From: an uncultured Chthonomonadaceae bacterium
GTDB lineage: Bacteria; Armatimonadota; Chthonomonadetes; Chthonomonadales; Chthonomonadaceae
Length of the DNA stretch: 64,000 nt
Direction of reading: 5' to 3'
Assembly: GCA_963835065.1 (NCBI GenBank)
Contig: CAWIEK010000002.1
Location: forward strand, 96,001 to 160,000
Numbering within the stretch: the stretch's first letter is position 1; every line of letters starts with the position of its first letter. The position numbers and the translations under genes were made by a program. This document shows positions 40,905 through 51,169 of the stretch, piece by piece. The notes below the pieces were generated by a model, which had not been told where the DNA came from, searched no databases, and was given only the letters and a program-made list of their open reading frames with translations.

Positions 40905-41221
40905 AATACCTCTGTTTCTTTTCTCTAGTTTTCTTCTCTTATTCTTCCCTCTGTGAAACCTCTGTGTCTCTGTGCCTCTGTGGTGAAGCCGAATTAACCC
41001 CGCATCGGGCGAGTAATTGCCGCAGGTTAGCGAAACCGCCCGCAATTTGCGTCCGTATTGGCTTCGGACGCTACTTCATGCCATAATACACAAATCAGGG
41101 TATTCAGGTGTTCGGGTATTCGGGTGTTCAGGAAATACAAAAGTATAGAAGCGTATTTTGACGCAACAAGACCCCAAACCGAGCACCTGAATACCTGAAT
41201 ACCCGAACACCGAGAACTCCT

Positions 41222-42952
41222 ATGTTCCGAAAAATCCTACTGGGCTGCGGCCTGCCGATACTGTTGGTTGCCATTATTGCCGCCGTTGCCGCGCGGCGAT
41301 TGCTCAAACCTGCGCCCGTGCCCGAACGCACCGAAACCGTTCAGCGCGGCGACGTGGAAATCAAAGTGGTGGAAACGGGGCAGATCGAACCCCTGCGCAA
41401 AGTGGAAGTGAAATCCAAAGTGGGCGGGCGTATCCTGCGCTTGTTTGTCGAAGAGGGCGTGACGGTGCGATCCGGGCAGATTCTGGCGACGATTGACCCG
41501 CAGGAGATTAACAGCCAGGTGGCCGCGCTCCGCGCGCAATTGGCCGCGTCGCAGGCGCGGCTTGCCGCCGCCCGCACCAATGTCGGCTACCAGCAGTCGC
41601 AAACCAGCACGGGCATTGACCAATACCTGCAAAACCTCGCGGCGGCAAAAGCGCGTCTGGAAAGCGCCCAGGCTGAGGCTACCGCGCAGCCCACGCTCAC
41701 GCAGCAAACCATTGACATCGCGCAATCGAATTTGGACGCGGCGAAGGCGCAATTGAAAGCGCAGCAGGACAGCCTCAATTTAATGGCGCAATCCACGCAC
41801 CCGAATACGGTTGTTTCCGCGCAGGCCACTTACGACCAGGCGCGTTCCCAGCACCTCAACGCGCTGAAAACCGTAAAGCGCCAGCAGCAGTTGCTTTCTA
41901 AAGGCTTTGTGTCGCAGCAGGTTGTGGATAGCGCGCAGGTAGACGCGGACGTGGCCGCGTCGCGCATGACCGACGCGAAAACGCGCCTTGACCGCATGGA
42001 GCAGACCAACACGCTGGAAGAAGCCAACCTGCGCAGCCAGATCGCCGCCGCGCAGTCACAGGTACGCCAGATGGAAGCCGCGCTCGCGCAGGCGAAATCC
42101 ACCACCTTGCCGGCCACCAAGCAGCATGATTTGGACAGCGCGCGGGCGGCGTATGCGCAGGCCAAAGCGCAATTGCAGCAGGCGAAGGCGGGCATCGCGC
42201 AGAATTCCATGAAGGGCCAGGACGCCCGCGCCGCGGAAGCCGAAGTGCAGCAGATACAGCAGCAATTAAACGAGCGGCTTGTCAATCAGGGCGATACCAC
42301 CCTTGTCGCGCCCATGACGGGTTTGGTCACGCGGCGCTACGCGGAAGTGGGCGACCTGATTACGTCCGCGATTTCCTCGTTTTCTTCAGGATCGCCCGTG
42401 TACCAGGTGGCGGATACGGGCACGATGCTGGTCAAACTCAACGTCAACGAAGTGGACATCGCCAAAGTAAAGCGCGGGCTGGCCGCCGAAGTGACGGTTG
42501 ACGCCGCCAAAGGCGCGAAGTATGACGGGCGCATACGCAAAGTATCGCCCTCCTCGCAGGCCGATGCAACGACGAGCGGCAGTAACAATCAAAACGTCGT
42601 GCGCTTTCCCGTCGAAATACAAATCACGCCCGACGCCAAGCGCCCGCCCCTGCGCCCCGGCATGAGCGCGCGCTGCGCCATCATTGTCGCCCGCCGCACC
42701 AAAATCCTGCGCCTGCCCGTCAACTGCGTCAGCGCAGCTGGCGACAAAAGCACTGTTCAAATCGTCACCAGCACTCAAAAGAACGGCGAAACTATCGAAA
42801 CCACGCAGCCCCGCGAAGTCGTTGTCGGACTGCGCGGCGATGACTTTGTTGAAATCGTGTCCGGCGTCCGCGAGGGTGAAAAAGTCCGCCCCAACCCCTA
42901 CGCCGGCCCCAAGCGCAAAGAGATTGACATTGATTTAGGAGATAAGCGGTAA
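41222..42952 (+). CDS. efflux periplasmic adaptor (MacA/HlyD family) with long coiled coil
   Basis: VEVKSKVGGRI, LVAPMTG, VNEVDI, LRPGMSA. Confidence 0.92.
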   Translation: MFRKILLGCGLPILLVAIIAAVAARRLLKPAPVPERTETVQRGDVEIKVVETGQIEPLRKVEVKSKVGGRILRLFVEEGVTVRSGQILATIDPQEINSQVAALRAQLAASQARLAAARTNVGYQQSQTSTGIDQYLQNLAAAKARLESAQAEATAQPTLTQQTIDIAQSNLDAAKAQLKAQQDSLNLMAQSTHPNTVVSAQATYDQARSQHLNALKTVKRQQQLLSKGFVSQQVVDSAQVDADVAASRMTDAKTRLDRMEQTNTLEEANLRSQIAAAQSQVRQMEAALAQAKSTTLPATKQHDLDSARAAYAQAKAQLQQAKAGIAQNSMKGQDARAAEAEVQQIQQQLNERLVNQGDTTLVAPMTGLVTRRYAEVGDLITSAISSFSSGSPVYQVADTGTMLVKLNVNEVDIAKVKRGLAAEVTVDAAKGAKYDGRIRKVSPSSQADATTSGSNNQNVVRFPVEIQITPDAKRPPLRPGMSARCAIIVARRTKILRLPVNCVSAAGDKSTVQIVTSTQKNGETIETTQPREVVVGLRGDDFVEIVSGVREGEKVRPNPYAGPKRKEIDIDLGDKR

Positions 42953-43042
42953 AGGCATTAGGCATTAGGCATCAGGCATTAGTAAGGCTCACTCAACCCT
43001 AATGCCTGATGCCTAATGCCTAATGCCTAATGCCTAATGCCT
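42953..43042. repeat. inverted heptamer repeats (GGCATTA)n / (TAATGCC)n
   Basis: Same unit at 32985-33052. Confidence 0.85.
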
Positions 43043-43046
43043 GCCC

Positions 43047-44299
43047 ATGAACTTCCTCTACTCCATACAAACCGCGTTTGACAACCTGCGCGCCAATAAA
43101 TTGCGGTCGCTGCTGACGATGCTCGGCGTGATTATTGGCGTCGGGGCGGTGATCGTCATGGTGGCGATTGTGCAGGGCGCGTCGGCCCGCGTCACGGGCG
43201 AATTCAAGCGGCTGGGTTCCAGCCTGATCATCATCTATTACGAACCCGACAGCAAGGATCGAAAGAATTCCACGCGCCGCCTGGACGGCATGACGATGGA
43301 CGACGTGCAGGCGATTGAGCAGCAGTGCGATATGATCAAGGGCATATCGGCGGAACTGCCCATCCCCGGCAACGGCGACAACGTGAAGCGGGGCGACAAA
43401 ACCATTGCGGGAACCATCAACGGCGTCCTGCCCGCGTATGAGCAGTTGCGGAACGCGCAGGTGGCGCAGGGGCGCTTTGTCAGCCAGGCGGACGTGGAAA
43501 CGTGGGCCAAAGTGTGCATCATCGGAGATAAAGTACGGGAGGAATTGTTCGGCGCGGCAAGCCCGCTCGGCCAGAACATCGAAGTCAGCGGGCAGAACTT
43601 AACCGTTGTGGGCGTACTGGCGAAAAAAGGCCGTTCGCTGGAAGGGGATGCGGACAAATCCATTTACGTGCCGCTGACGACGGTGCAAAAGCGGTATTTG
43701 GGGCGCGAACTCGTGGGCGTGATGTGGGCGGAACCCAAAGACCCGACAAAAATCAATCTGGCAATGGATCAGGTGTGGCAGAATTTAATGCGCCGCCACA
43801 ACGATACCCCCGGCTTCCACGTGGACAGCCAGGAAAACATTCTCAACAGCATCAACAAAATTCTGGCCGTATTCGGGATTGTTTTGGGTTCCATTGCGGG
43901 GCTTGCGCTGCTCGTGGGCGGCATCGGCATTATGAACATCATGCTCGTCTCGGTCACGGAGCGAACGCGCGAAATCGGCATCCGCAAAGCCATCGGCGCG
44001 AAACGGCGCGACATCGTGCTGCAATTCCTGATCGAATCGGCAACCGTTTCCGGCTTGGGCGGCTTGATCGGCATCGCGTCGGGCGCGGCCTTCGCGTACA
44101 GCATCGGTTACGTGACTTCGCTCATACCCTTCCATGACCGACCCGCAAACAGGCGCAAAGGGACTGGAAATTTACCTCGCGCCAAGCGTCTCGTCTGGGC
44201 GCGTTCGCCTTCAGCGCGTTCGTCGGCGTGTTCTTCGGCATGTACCCCGCCATCCGCGCCTCCCGCCTCGACCCCATCACCGCCCTGCGCCATGAGTAG
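43047..44299 (+). CDS. MacB/FtsX-type ABC permease, frameshift near 44130-44160
   Basis: [34 protein letters not shown]; canonical end [21 protein letters not shown] in another frame. Confidence 0.9.
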
Positions 44300-44430
44300 C
44301 CCGATTGCTGTTGCGCGATTTGGGCGAGAATTGTGCCTGATGCCACTTTGACAATACAGCCGTTTGTGGCATAATAAGCCTGTAGCAATGGGTTGAATCG
44401 CTGACAAATGAACAAGGCGGTAACTTTGCC

Positions 44431-44706
44431 ATGACACAAACCGAACAAGCCAATGATCGTTTTCTTACAGAAGTACGCCAGATTCCCGGTGTGCTGATTG
44501 CAAAGCCCTACGGCGGCAGAACGCCTGCGGAGCAGTCTATCGCCGTCGTCGTTCCTGCATTACGGACACCGACTTCCAGACAAGTATTTGAATTGGAAGG
44601 CGAAACCCTGCTTTCCTTTCCTGATGCGCGTTTGGAAGTTCGTGTCATTGGCCTCAAAGAATGTGGCGTGGACTCGTCTCAAATCGCGTCCATTTTGCCC
44701 AAGTAG
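44431..44706 (+). CDS. small protein, putative partner of the downstream HEPN-like protein
   Basis: 91-aa ATG ORF ending 8 bp before the next gene. Confidence 0.65.
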   Translation: MTQTEQANDRFLTEVRQIPGVLIAKPYGGRTPAEQSIAVVVPALRTPTSRQVFELEGETLLSFPDARLEVRVIGLKECGVDSSQIASILPK

Positions 44707-44714
44707 GATTTGCT

Positions 44715-45164
44715 ATGCCGCCGGACAACTTTTCTAAAGAGGCGAAAAAGCATGTCAGGGAAGCATGGCGCAACTATTGCCTGTACGAACGCTGGCTGGA
44801 ACAAGAGCCGAGTTGGGCATTGGTCTTGCTGTTTTACTCTGCGGTGCATCTCGTTCAGGCTCATGCGATAAATCTTGCTTCTACCAACCCGCGAATTATT
44901 GTTCCCGCAGATCATCTTCAGAGGCGGCGTTACATTATGGAGAGACTACGGCGTATTATCGCGGACTATGGAGAACTACAGGCAGCGAGTGAGCATGTAA
45001 GATATTCGCTAGTCAGGTACTCCCGTGAGGAAGCATTAAGTTATTACGCGGAAGAATTTTCCAGGGTCGTAGAAGATTTGCACAACAAAGGCGTTTCGTG
45101 GGAAATACGGCTGACAGCAGACGAGCGCAAGGCTGTCTTAACTGAGGTAAGCGCCCCGGCCTAA
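44715..45164 (+). CDS. HEPN-like protein
   Basis: WALVLLFYSAVHLV, H..RRRYI, L..ASEHVRY helical pattern. Confidence 0.6.
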   Translation: MPPDNFSKEAKKHVREAWRNYCLYERWLEQEPSWALVLLFYSAVHLVQAHAINLASTNPRIIVPADHLQRRRYIMERLRRIIADYGELQAASEHVRYSLVRYSREEALSYYAEEFSRVVEDLHNKGVSWEIRLTADERKAVLTEVSAPA

Positions 45165-45182
45165 ATCTGTTCCTCTTTGCGT

Positions 45183-45611
45183 TTATCTGCGCATCGATGT
45201 CACATACTCGTAATCGCCAGCCGGAGTAGCGGAAAAGGGCTTGTCCCAATCCTGTATCATCGCCTGCATCAAAATCTCAACCGGGATGCCTAAGCCTTGA
45301 TACAGATTGCGTATCATCTCTATGGTGAGAGGTTCGCGCCGCTCCAAAACTGCGACAACATGGCTGCGTCCACCGAGCAACTCATCTAAAACCTCTTCCG
45401 GCAATCCTCGGCTGTCAAGATGGTACTCTATGGCGGCAATCGGATCAGGCAGTTCAATAGGATAATGTTTTCGCTCGTAAGCCTCAACAAGCGCCATCAA
45501 AACCTCAAGACGGTCGCCTTCGGGCGTATCCGGTGTTGCCCCAAACAGCGCGTTTATCTCAGCCAGAGAGTGGTCATAATCCGCTTCGGTTTTGATAGGG
45601 CTGATGTTCAC
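45183..45611 (-). CDS. higA: HigA-like HTH antitoxin (orphan)
   Basis: PIKTEADY...TPEGDRLEVL..LVEAYE..HYPI..PDPIAAI; SD AAGGAG, GTG start. Confidence 0.85.
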   Translation of the reverse strand: MNISPIKTEADYDHSLAEINALFGATPDTPEGDRLEVLMALVEAYERKHYPIELPDPIAAIEYHLDSRGLPEEVLDELLGGRSHVVAVLERREPLTIEMIRNLYQGLGIPVEILMQAMIQDWDKPFSATPAGDYEYVTSMRR

Positions 45612-45849
45612 AGCAACTCCTTAACAAACATATCAGTTTGGGCGTGAGTGTGCTTTTATTATAGCATGACAACGCCGTTGCCGAAGAAATTCGATTGTTA
45701 TCGTCCGGGTCGGCGCATCTAAAATTCTCGACACGTATCCCGTCGTGGGTCATTCGCCACCAGTCTGCGCCTGCTCCCTCCTCCTGGTTGACTAATCCAA
45801 AAAGAACGCGCAAAAGTAGAAAAATATCTGCATAAACAGCAGAAACAAC

Positions 45850-45877
45850 GAACCTTCTCTGCCTCTATCTCGTCTAA
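45850..45877 (+). promoter_or_regulatory. putative ECF sigma promoter GAACC-N16-CGTCTAA
   Basis: Matches 1692-1719. Confidence 0.6.
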
Positions 45878-45884
45878 ATACATA

Positions 45885-46144
45885 CGCACGTCTACATAAT
45901 AGAGACTGCTAACTAGCCAGGTGGCGGGACGTTGAACGTTCGGAGTTCCTCTCAACAATGAACTATGAACTGCAGCAACTAACCCGGAAGGGAGGTGCTG
46001 GAAGATGCCTGGTCACTCTCCCCGTTCGCCCTGACGCTCACGAGGTCACGACGCCTCTTCCTTACAATTTAGACACAACGAGACAGCGGGCTGGAAGCGC
46101 TGCATTGCCAAGATTTCGACGCTGCCTCTACATACTCTTTTTCT
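45885..46144 (+). ncRNA. candidate structured sRNA / micro-ORF transcript, copy 2
   Basis: SD AAGGGAGGTG (45988-45997), ORF MPGHSPRSP* (46005-46034), stem 46080-46088/46120-46128. Confidence 0.5.
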
Positions 46145-46391
46145 TGTCTCGTTTAGAGGCGCCGGCCCTGTTCTTAATCGTGCTGTTCCGGCAAGGATTA
46201 TGCCCCGATGCCGCCTTGATAAAAGGAAAAGTATGTTGACAGGAATTCGGCGCGTGGACGGCGAATATACTTACCGGTGGCTTGCGATCAACAAAAGTCT
46301 CACAGGAAAGGCTCACAAGAAAGTCTCAACGTTCTTGCTGATGCGCTTCGACATTCGTTTCACTTCGACATTCATTGCAAAGGAGCAGTTC

Positions 46392-47270
46392 ATGCGCCGA
46401 CACTCTTCTACTCGTCCCGGTTTTACTCTGATTGAACTCCTCGTCGTCATCGCCATTATCGCGATTCTTGCCGCTATTTTGTTCCCCGTGTTCGCGCAGG
46501 CGCGCGAAAAAGCGCGGGGCGCGGCCTGCCTGTCCAATACCAAGCAGATCGGCAACGCCATGCTGATGTACGTGCAGGATTATGACGAAACCACGCCGTC
46601 TTCGTTCGCGTTCACCGACAAAACCCGCGTGGATGTGTTCATGGTCTTGCAGCCCTACATCAAAAACGTGCAGGTGTTTTTCTGCCCCGACAGGTCGGAT
46701 ACGAGCAATACCTGCGCCTTTGCCGTGCCTGCCGGGTATCCGGCCAATTCCACCAAATGCGTAGGGTATGGCTACAACTGGGGCTTTATTCCGTATGCCG
46801 GAGCCGGGCTGCTTGGCCCGTCTTATTACGCGGGCGACGGCACGGAAGTGGAACCCGGCGTTTCAATTGCGCAAATGGACACGCCCGCGCAACTGGCCGC
46901 GTTTTCCGATACCTACAATCTGCCCCGCTACGCTATGTCCGCCGTTGGCTCTCTTCTGGATGTTAATGCGCTCGGCGGCATCCACAACAACGGCGGGCTG
47001 CGTCACGGCGGCAACTTCAACGTCAACTTTATGGATGGACACGCCAAACTGGTACGCATCAAGGGCGGCGATATTCCCGGCTTGCCCTTGAAAGTCGGCG
47101 TTTCCAAAGACGACGCGATGCGGATCATGTGGTGCATCAGCCCCAACGCTACGGTAGACACGACCAACGCGATTTATAAAGGCTACGGCTATCCGTCCTT
47201 CGGTATGCTGCCGTGCAGTTCGGCCATCAAATTGCCGGAAGCCGTCGGCGTCAAATGGTGGGCGGATTAG
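46392..47270 (+). CDS. DUF1559 prepilin-type N-terminal cleavage/methylation protein with H-X9-DG motif
   Basis: [56 protein letters not shown]. Confidence 0.93.
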   Translation: MRRHSSTRPGFTLIELLVVIAIIAILAAILFPVFAQAREKARGAACLSNTKQIGNAMLMYVQDYDETTPSSFAFTDKTRVDVFMVLQPYIKNVQVFFCPDRSDTSNTCAFAVPAGYPANSTKCVGYGYNWGFIPYAGAGLLGPSYYAGDGTEVEPGVSIAQMDTPAQLAAFSDTYNLPRYAMSAVGSLLDVNALGGIHNNGGLRHGGNFNVNFMDGHAKLVRIKGGDIPGLPLKVGVSKDDAMRIMWCISPNATVDTTNAIYKGYGYPSFGMLPCSSAIKLPEAVGVKWWAD

Positions 47271-47317
47271 ATAATTTTCTGCCCCAACACCCAATACCCA
47301 ATACCGAACACCGCCAA

Positions 47318-48151
47318 TTAACGCGCCACGGCCTGCTTCAAAAGCGCAATGATTTCCGGCAGGTGTTGGTTGTGACGGGCGGCAAGGCGCGGATTGGGAT
47401 GCTGCGCCTGCCAGAGCGCAGTGTGGCCGAACCTGTCTTTGGCATGAACGTTGGCGTGATGCGCCAGCAGAAGCTGAACGCTGTCGGGACTGCGGCCAAG
47501 CATGGCCGCGTACATCAGCGCGGATTGTCCATTGCTGTTGACCGCGTTCACGTCCGCGCCATGCTCCAGCAGCCAGCGCGCCACATTGGTGTTTCCCATG
47601 CCCGCCGCTTGCAGGAGGTAAAACCCACGCGAGTTGGGAACCTCCACTTTTGCGCCATACTGTACCAACAGTTCCACGACTGCAACATCCCCGCCGCTCA
47701 CGGCATACGCAATCGGAGGCTCCTGCCAGTTATCTATCGCCTGTACATCCGCGCCCCGCTCTAAAAGGGCGCGAATGATGGCAAGGTTGGGATGGGGATT
47801 GATCTGAACGTAGGCAGGGTACGTGCCGGGATGCTGTACCGTGTACAGGGCCGCAAGCAGGGGCGTCGTATAGTCGGAAGCTGTATCCTTCTCATAATAG
47901 CGCTGCGCAAAATCGTTAAAAGTGGGGGCGGGCGGCGTTTCGCGGCCATTGGGATCGGCTCCGGCCCGCAGCATACCAATGGCGGCTTCGGTATCATTGC
48001 GTCGAATGGCTTCAAAAAGCGTATTGCGATGCAGCGTCAGGTAGATTTGCCGCCCGATCAAAACCACAAGCAGCAAACTCAGCGGAATAAACGGGCCGGC
48101 AACAGCCCAAACTCCATTGGACGTGGCAGTACGGCGCTTGCGCAAGGGCAT
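47318..48151 (-). CDS. ankyrin repeat protein with N-terminal TM helix
   Basis: LLERGADV, LLEHGADVNA..GQSALMYAA, GHTALW. Confidence 0.9.
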   Translation of the reverse strand: MPLRKRRTATSNGVWAVAGPFIPLSLLLVVLIGRQIYLTLHRNTLFEAIRRNDTEAAIGMLRAGADPNGRETPPAPTFNDFAQRYYEKDTASDYTTPLLAALYTVQHPGTYPAYVQINPHPNLAIIRALLERGADVQAIDNWQEPPIAYAVSGGDVAVVELLVQYGAKVEVPNSRGFYLLQAAGMGNTNVARWLLEHGADVNAVNSNGQSALMYAAMLGRSPDSVQLLLAHHANVHAKDRFGHTALWQAQHPNPRLAARHNQHLPEIIALLKQAVAR

Positions 48152-48368
48152 AGGGAAACTCCTCCGAGGGCGACAAACCTTGACCAGAACATTGGCTGCG
48201 GTCTACAATCAAAAGACAAGTACGTTTGCGCATTGCGCGGGGTTACAGGAAGTTGCGGGTTCAGAGTTGAGGGTTGAGGGGAAATTCGTTCAGGAAAAGC
48301 AACGATTAGAACAATCAACACCCAACATCTGAACACCTGAATACCTGAACACCTTCCCGGAGGGATGA

Positions 48369-49430
48369 ATGACCGAAACGATGGGCGCGGCGGTATATCG
48401 CGGCATCAATGATATGCGCGTGGAAGCGGTTCCGGTTCCTGAGATCGGGCCGGGCGAGGTGTTGCTGCGCGTGGGCGTGTGCGGCGTGTGCGGCACGGAC
48501 TTGAAGAAAATCCATTTCGGGCTTGTGCCGCCGCCGCGCATCTTCGGGCACGAAATGGCGGGAACCATTGCGGCAGTGGGCGCGGGCGTAACCGAGTGGA
48601 AGGTAGGCGACCGGGCAGTGGCGCATCATCATGTGCCGTGCTTGCGCGACGATTGTTTTTACTGTCAGCGCCGCGTGTTCGCGCAATGCCCGACTTACAA
48701 GCGCACGGGCACGACAGCCGGTTTCGAGCCGGCGGGCGGCGGTTTTGCCCAATACGTGAGCGTCATGGACTGGTGCGTGGCGCGGGGCATGGTACGAATT
48801 CCCGATGAGGTTACTCTGGAAGAAGCCAGTTTTGTCGAGCCGCTCAATACGTGCATGAAGGGCGTACAAATGGCGGACATACGCGCAGGCGATACCGTAT
48901 GGATTGTAGGGCAGGGACCTATCGGCCTGCTGTTCACCCAACTTGCCGCCCGCAAAGGCGCAAGCGTTCTCGCCACCGATCATTTTCCATTCCGGCGCGA
49001 CAAGGCGCGGCACTTAGGCGCAACAATTGCTCTGGAACCGGGCAGTTCGGAAATCGCCCCAACCCTGCGCGAACTTTCCGAGGGGCGCGGAGCCGATTTA
49101 GTGATTGTTGCCGTACCCACAACTAAAGTCGTGCCGCAAGCCTTCGAGATGCTGCGTCCCGGCGGCAAAATTCTGCTGTTCGCCCACACGCGCCTGAACG
49201 ACCTGATGGAAGTGGACGCGGGAGCCGTCTGTATGCAGGAAAAAACCCTGCTCGGTTCCTACAGCAGCGACATTCTACTGCAAGACGAAGCCGCAAGATT
49301 GATTTTTAATCGCGAAATCAACGTGCCCGATTTAATCTCACACCGCTTTGGCCTTGAGGCAATAGGCGAAGCCATTAATGTGGCTTCTCATCCGCGCGAA
49401 ACATCTTTAAAAGTAGTTGTAAACTGCTAA
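48369..49430 (+). CDS. zinc-dependent alcohol/polyol dehydrogenase
   Basis: CGVCGTD, GHEMAG, GQGPIG. Confidence 0.93.
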   Translation: MTETMGAAVYRGINDMRVEAVPVPEIGPGEVLLRVGVCGVCGTDLKKIHFGLVPPPRIFGHEMAGTIAAVGAGVTEWKVGDRAVAHHHVPCLRDDCFYCQRRVFAQCPTYKRTGTTAGFEPAGGGFAQYVSVMDWCVARGMVRIPDEVTLEEASFVEPLNTCMKGVQMADIRAGDTVWIVGQGPIGLLFTQLAARKGASVLATDHFPFRRDKARHLGATIALEPGSSEIAPTLRELSEGRGADLVIVAVPTTKVVPQAFEMLRPGGKILLFAHTRLNDLMEVDAGAVCMQEKTLLGSYSSDILLQDEAARLIFNREINVPDLISHRFGLEAIGEAINVASHPRETSLKVVVNC

Positions 49431-49512
49431 TCTCTATAGTTCAAGACAAAGGACGCCCCCCAGAATCATGGTAATCCGTTAATCCTGTAAATCCTGGTTC
49501 AGACAATCTACT

Positions 49513-50625
49513 ATGGAATTAGAACAACCAGCCACCAATCACCAGTCACCAACCACCAGTCACCAGCCGCCAGCCACCAACTCCATGCTTGCGGGCGTAC
49601 TTTATGGCAAAGAAGACGTGCGCGTGGAGCGGGTTCCCGTTCCCGATGTCGGTATGGGAGAAGTGCGGGTTCGTATTGGGGCCGCACTGACGTGCGGCAC
49701 AGATGTTAAGGTGTACCGCCGGGGCTACCATGCCCGCATGATTCAGCCGCCCGCTATATTCGGGCATGAGATGGCGGGCACGATTGAAGCGATTGGCGCG
49801 GAGGTAGACGGCTGGCACATCGGGCAGCGGGTGGTTATCGCCAATTCCGCGCCCTGCGGCATTTGCTTCTACTGTCGGCGCAATCATACGGAACTGTGCG
49901 AAGATTTGCTGTTCCTCAACGGCGCGTATGCCGAAACTATTACGGTTCCCGCCCGCGTGGTACAAAAGAATCTGCTGCCCCTTCCCGGCCATGTAACATT
50001 TGAAGCCGCCGCGCTGACGGAACCCCTGGCCTGTGTGGTGCGCGGCATGGAAGAAATGCCGGTGACGGCGGGGGAAACCGTTGTCGTGCTGGGATTGGGG
50101 CCGATTGGCTTGGGGTTTGTCGCGCTGTGCAAGCTGGCGGGCGCGCGCGTTCTGGCAGTCGGGCGACGGGCGGAACGGCTTGGACTGGCGGCGGAATTGG
50201 GCGCGGACGAGGTATTCGATGAGCGCGAACTGACGGACGCAGTTGCCACATTACGCGCCCGCACGGAAGAAGCGCAGGGCGCGGACAAGGTGATTGAAGC
50301 CGTCGGCAGTCCGCAGGCATGGGAAACTGCGATTGCCATTGCCCGTAAGGCCGCTACGGTAAGCCTATTCGGCGGCTGTCCGGCGAATACCAGTATTACC
50401 GTAGACACGCACCGCATCCACTACGACGAACTGACCCTCAAAGGCACGTTCAGCCACACGCCCGCCACGTTCCGCAAAGCGCTGCAATTGATCGCGGACG
50501 GCAGCGTTCCCGCCCACAAGTTCATCCAGCAACGCGCGCCCCTGTCCGACTTGCCCACCGTGTTCGCGTCCCTCGCCAACGGCTCCAATGGCGCCATCAA
50601 GACCTGCATCCTGCCGCCGGGGTAG
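49513..50625 (+). CDS. zinc-dependent alcohol/polyol dehydrogenase (N-terminus repeat-derived; start may be 49585)
   Basis: TCGTD, GHEMAG, CGICFYC, GLGPIG. Confidence 0.93.
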   Translation: MELEQPATNHQSPTTSHQPPATNSMLAGVLYGKEDVRVERVPVPDVGMGEVRVRIGAALTCGTDVKVYRRGYHARMIQPPAIFGHEMAGTIEAIGAEVDGWHIGQRVVIANSAPCGICFYCRRNHTELCEDLLFLNGAYAETITVPARVVQKNLLPLPGHVTFEAAALTEPLACVVRGMEEMPVTAGETVVVLGLGPIGLGFVALCKLAGARVLAVGRRAERLGLAAELGADEVFDERELTDAVATLRARTEEAQGADKVIEAVGSPQAWETAIAIARKAATVSLFGGCPANTSITVDTHRIHYDELTLKGTFSHTPATFRKALQLIADGSVPAHKFIQQRAPLSDLPTVFASLANGSNGAIKTCILPPG

Positions 50626-50815
50626 GCATCAGGCATTAGGCAACCTTAGATATTAGATATTAGATATTAGGCAGAAGAGAAGAAGAGAAGAAGAGAAGAC
50701 AGAAGCCGCATCCACAATCGGCAATCGAAAATCGAAAATCGGAATCCTAACACCTATCCTTGCATCTTGCGTCTGGTGCCAAAATAGCCGTATAATAGCG
50801 CGGAAGGAGAGCAAC

Positions 50816-51091
50816 ATGAGCTTGACATTGGAACTCAGTCGAGAAACCCAAAACTGGCTGCAAACTGAAGCGGCGAAGCAGGGAGTTGATCCCGGCGAAT
50901 ACGCGCTCCAGCTGATAGAAAACAATCGTCCGCAGGCTCCTGCAACGCTTTCAACTGACGACTCAGAACGCCTCGCCGCTATTGACGCTGCAATGGGCGC
51001 TTTTACGCATGTTCCTGTGAGCAGTAAAGATTTTGCGTGTCGTAAGCAGGAAGAGATTGATTTGGAAGAAGCCAAATTTATGCGGCATTAA
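50816..51091 (+). CDS. small antitoxin-like protein
   Basis: SD AAGGAG; MSLTLELSRETQNWLQTEAAKQG...EEIDLEE; TATAAT upstream. Confidence 0.7.
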   Translation: MSLTLELSRETQNWLQTEAAKQGVDPGEYALQLIENNRPQAPATLSTDDSERLAAIDAAMGAFTHVPVSSKDFACRKQEEIDLEEAKFMRH

Positions 51092-51169
51092 AGGCTGCTA
51101 TAATAATCAGTGCGTTCCGGCAGCAGGTACGCAAACAATGAAGAAGTAAGTAGATGAGATGAGGACGAA

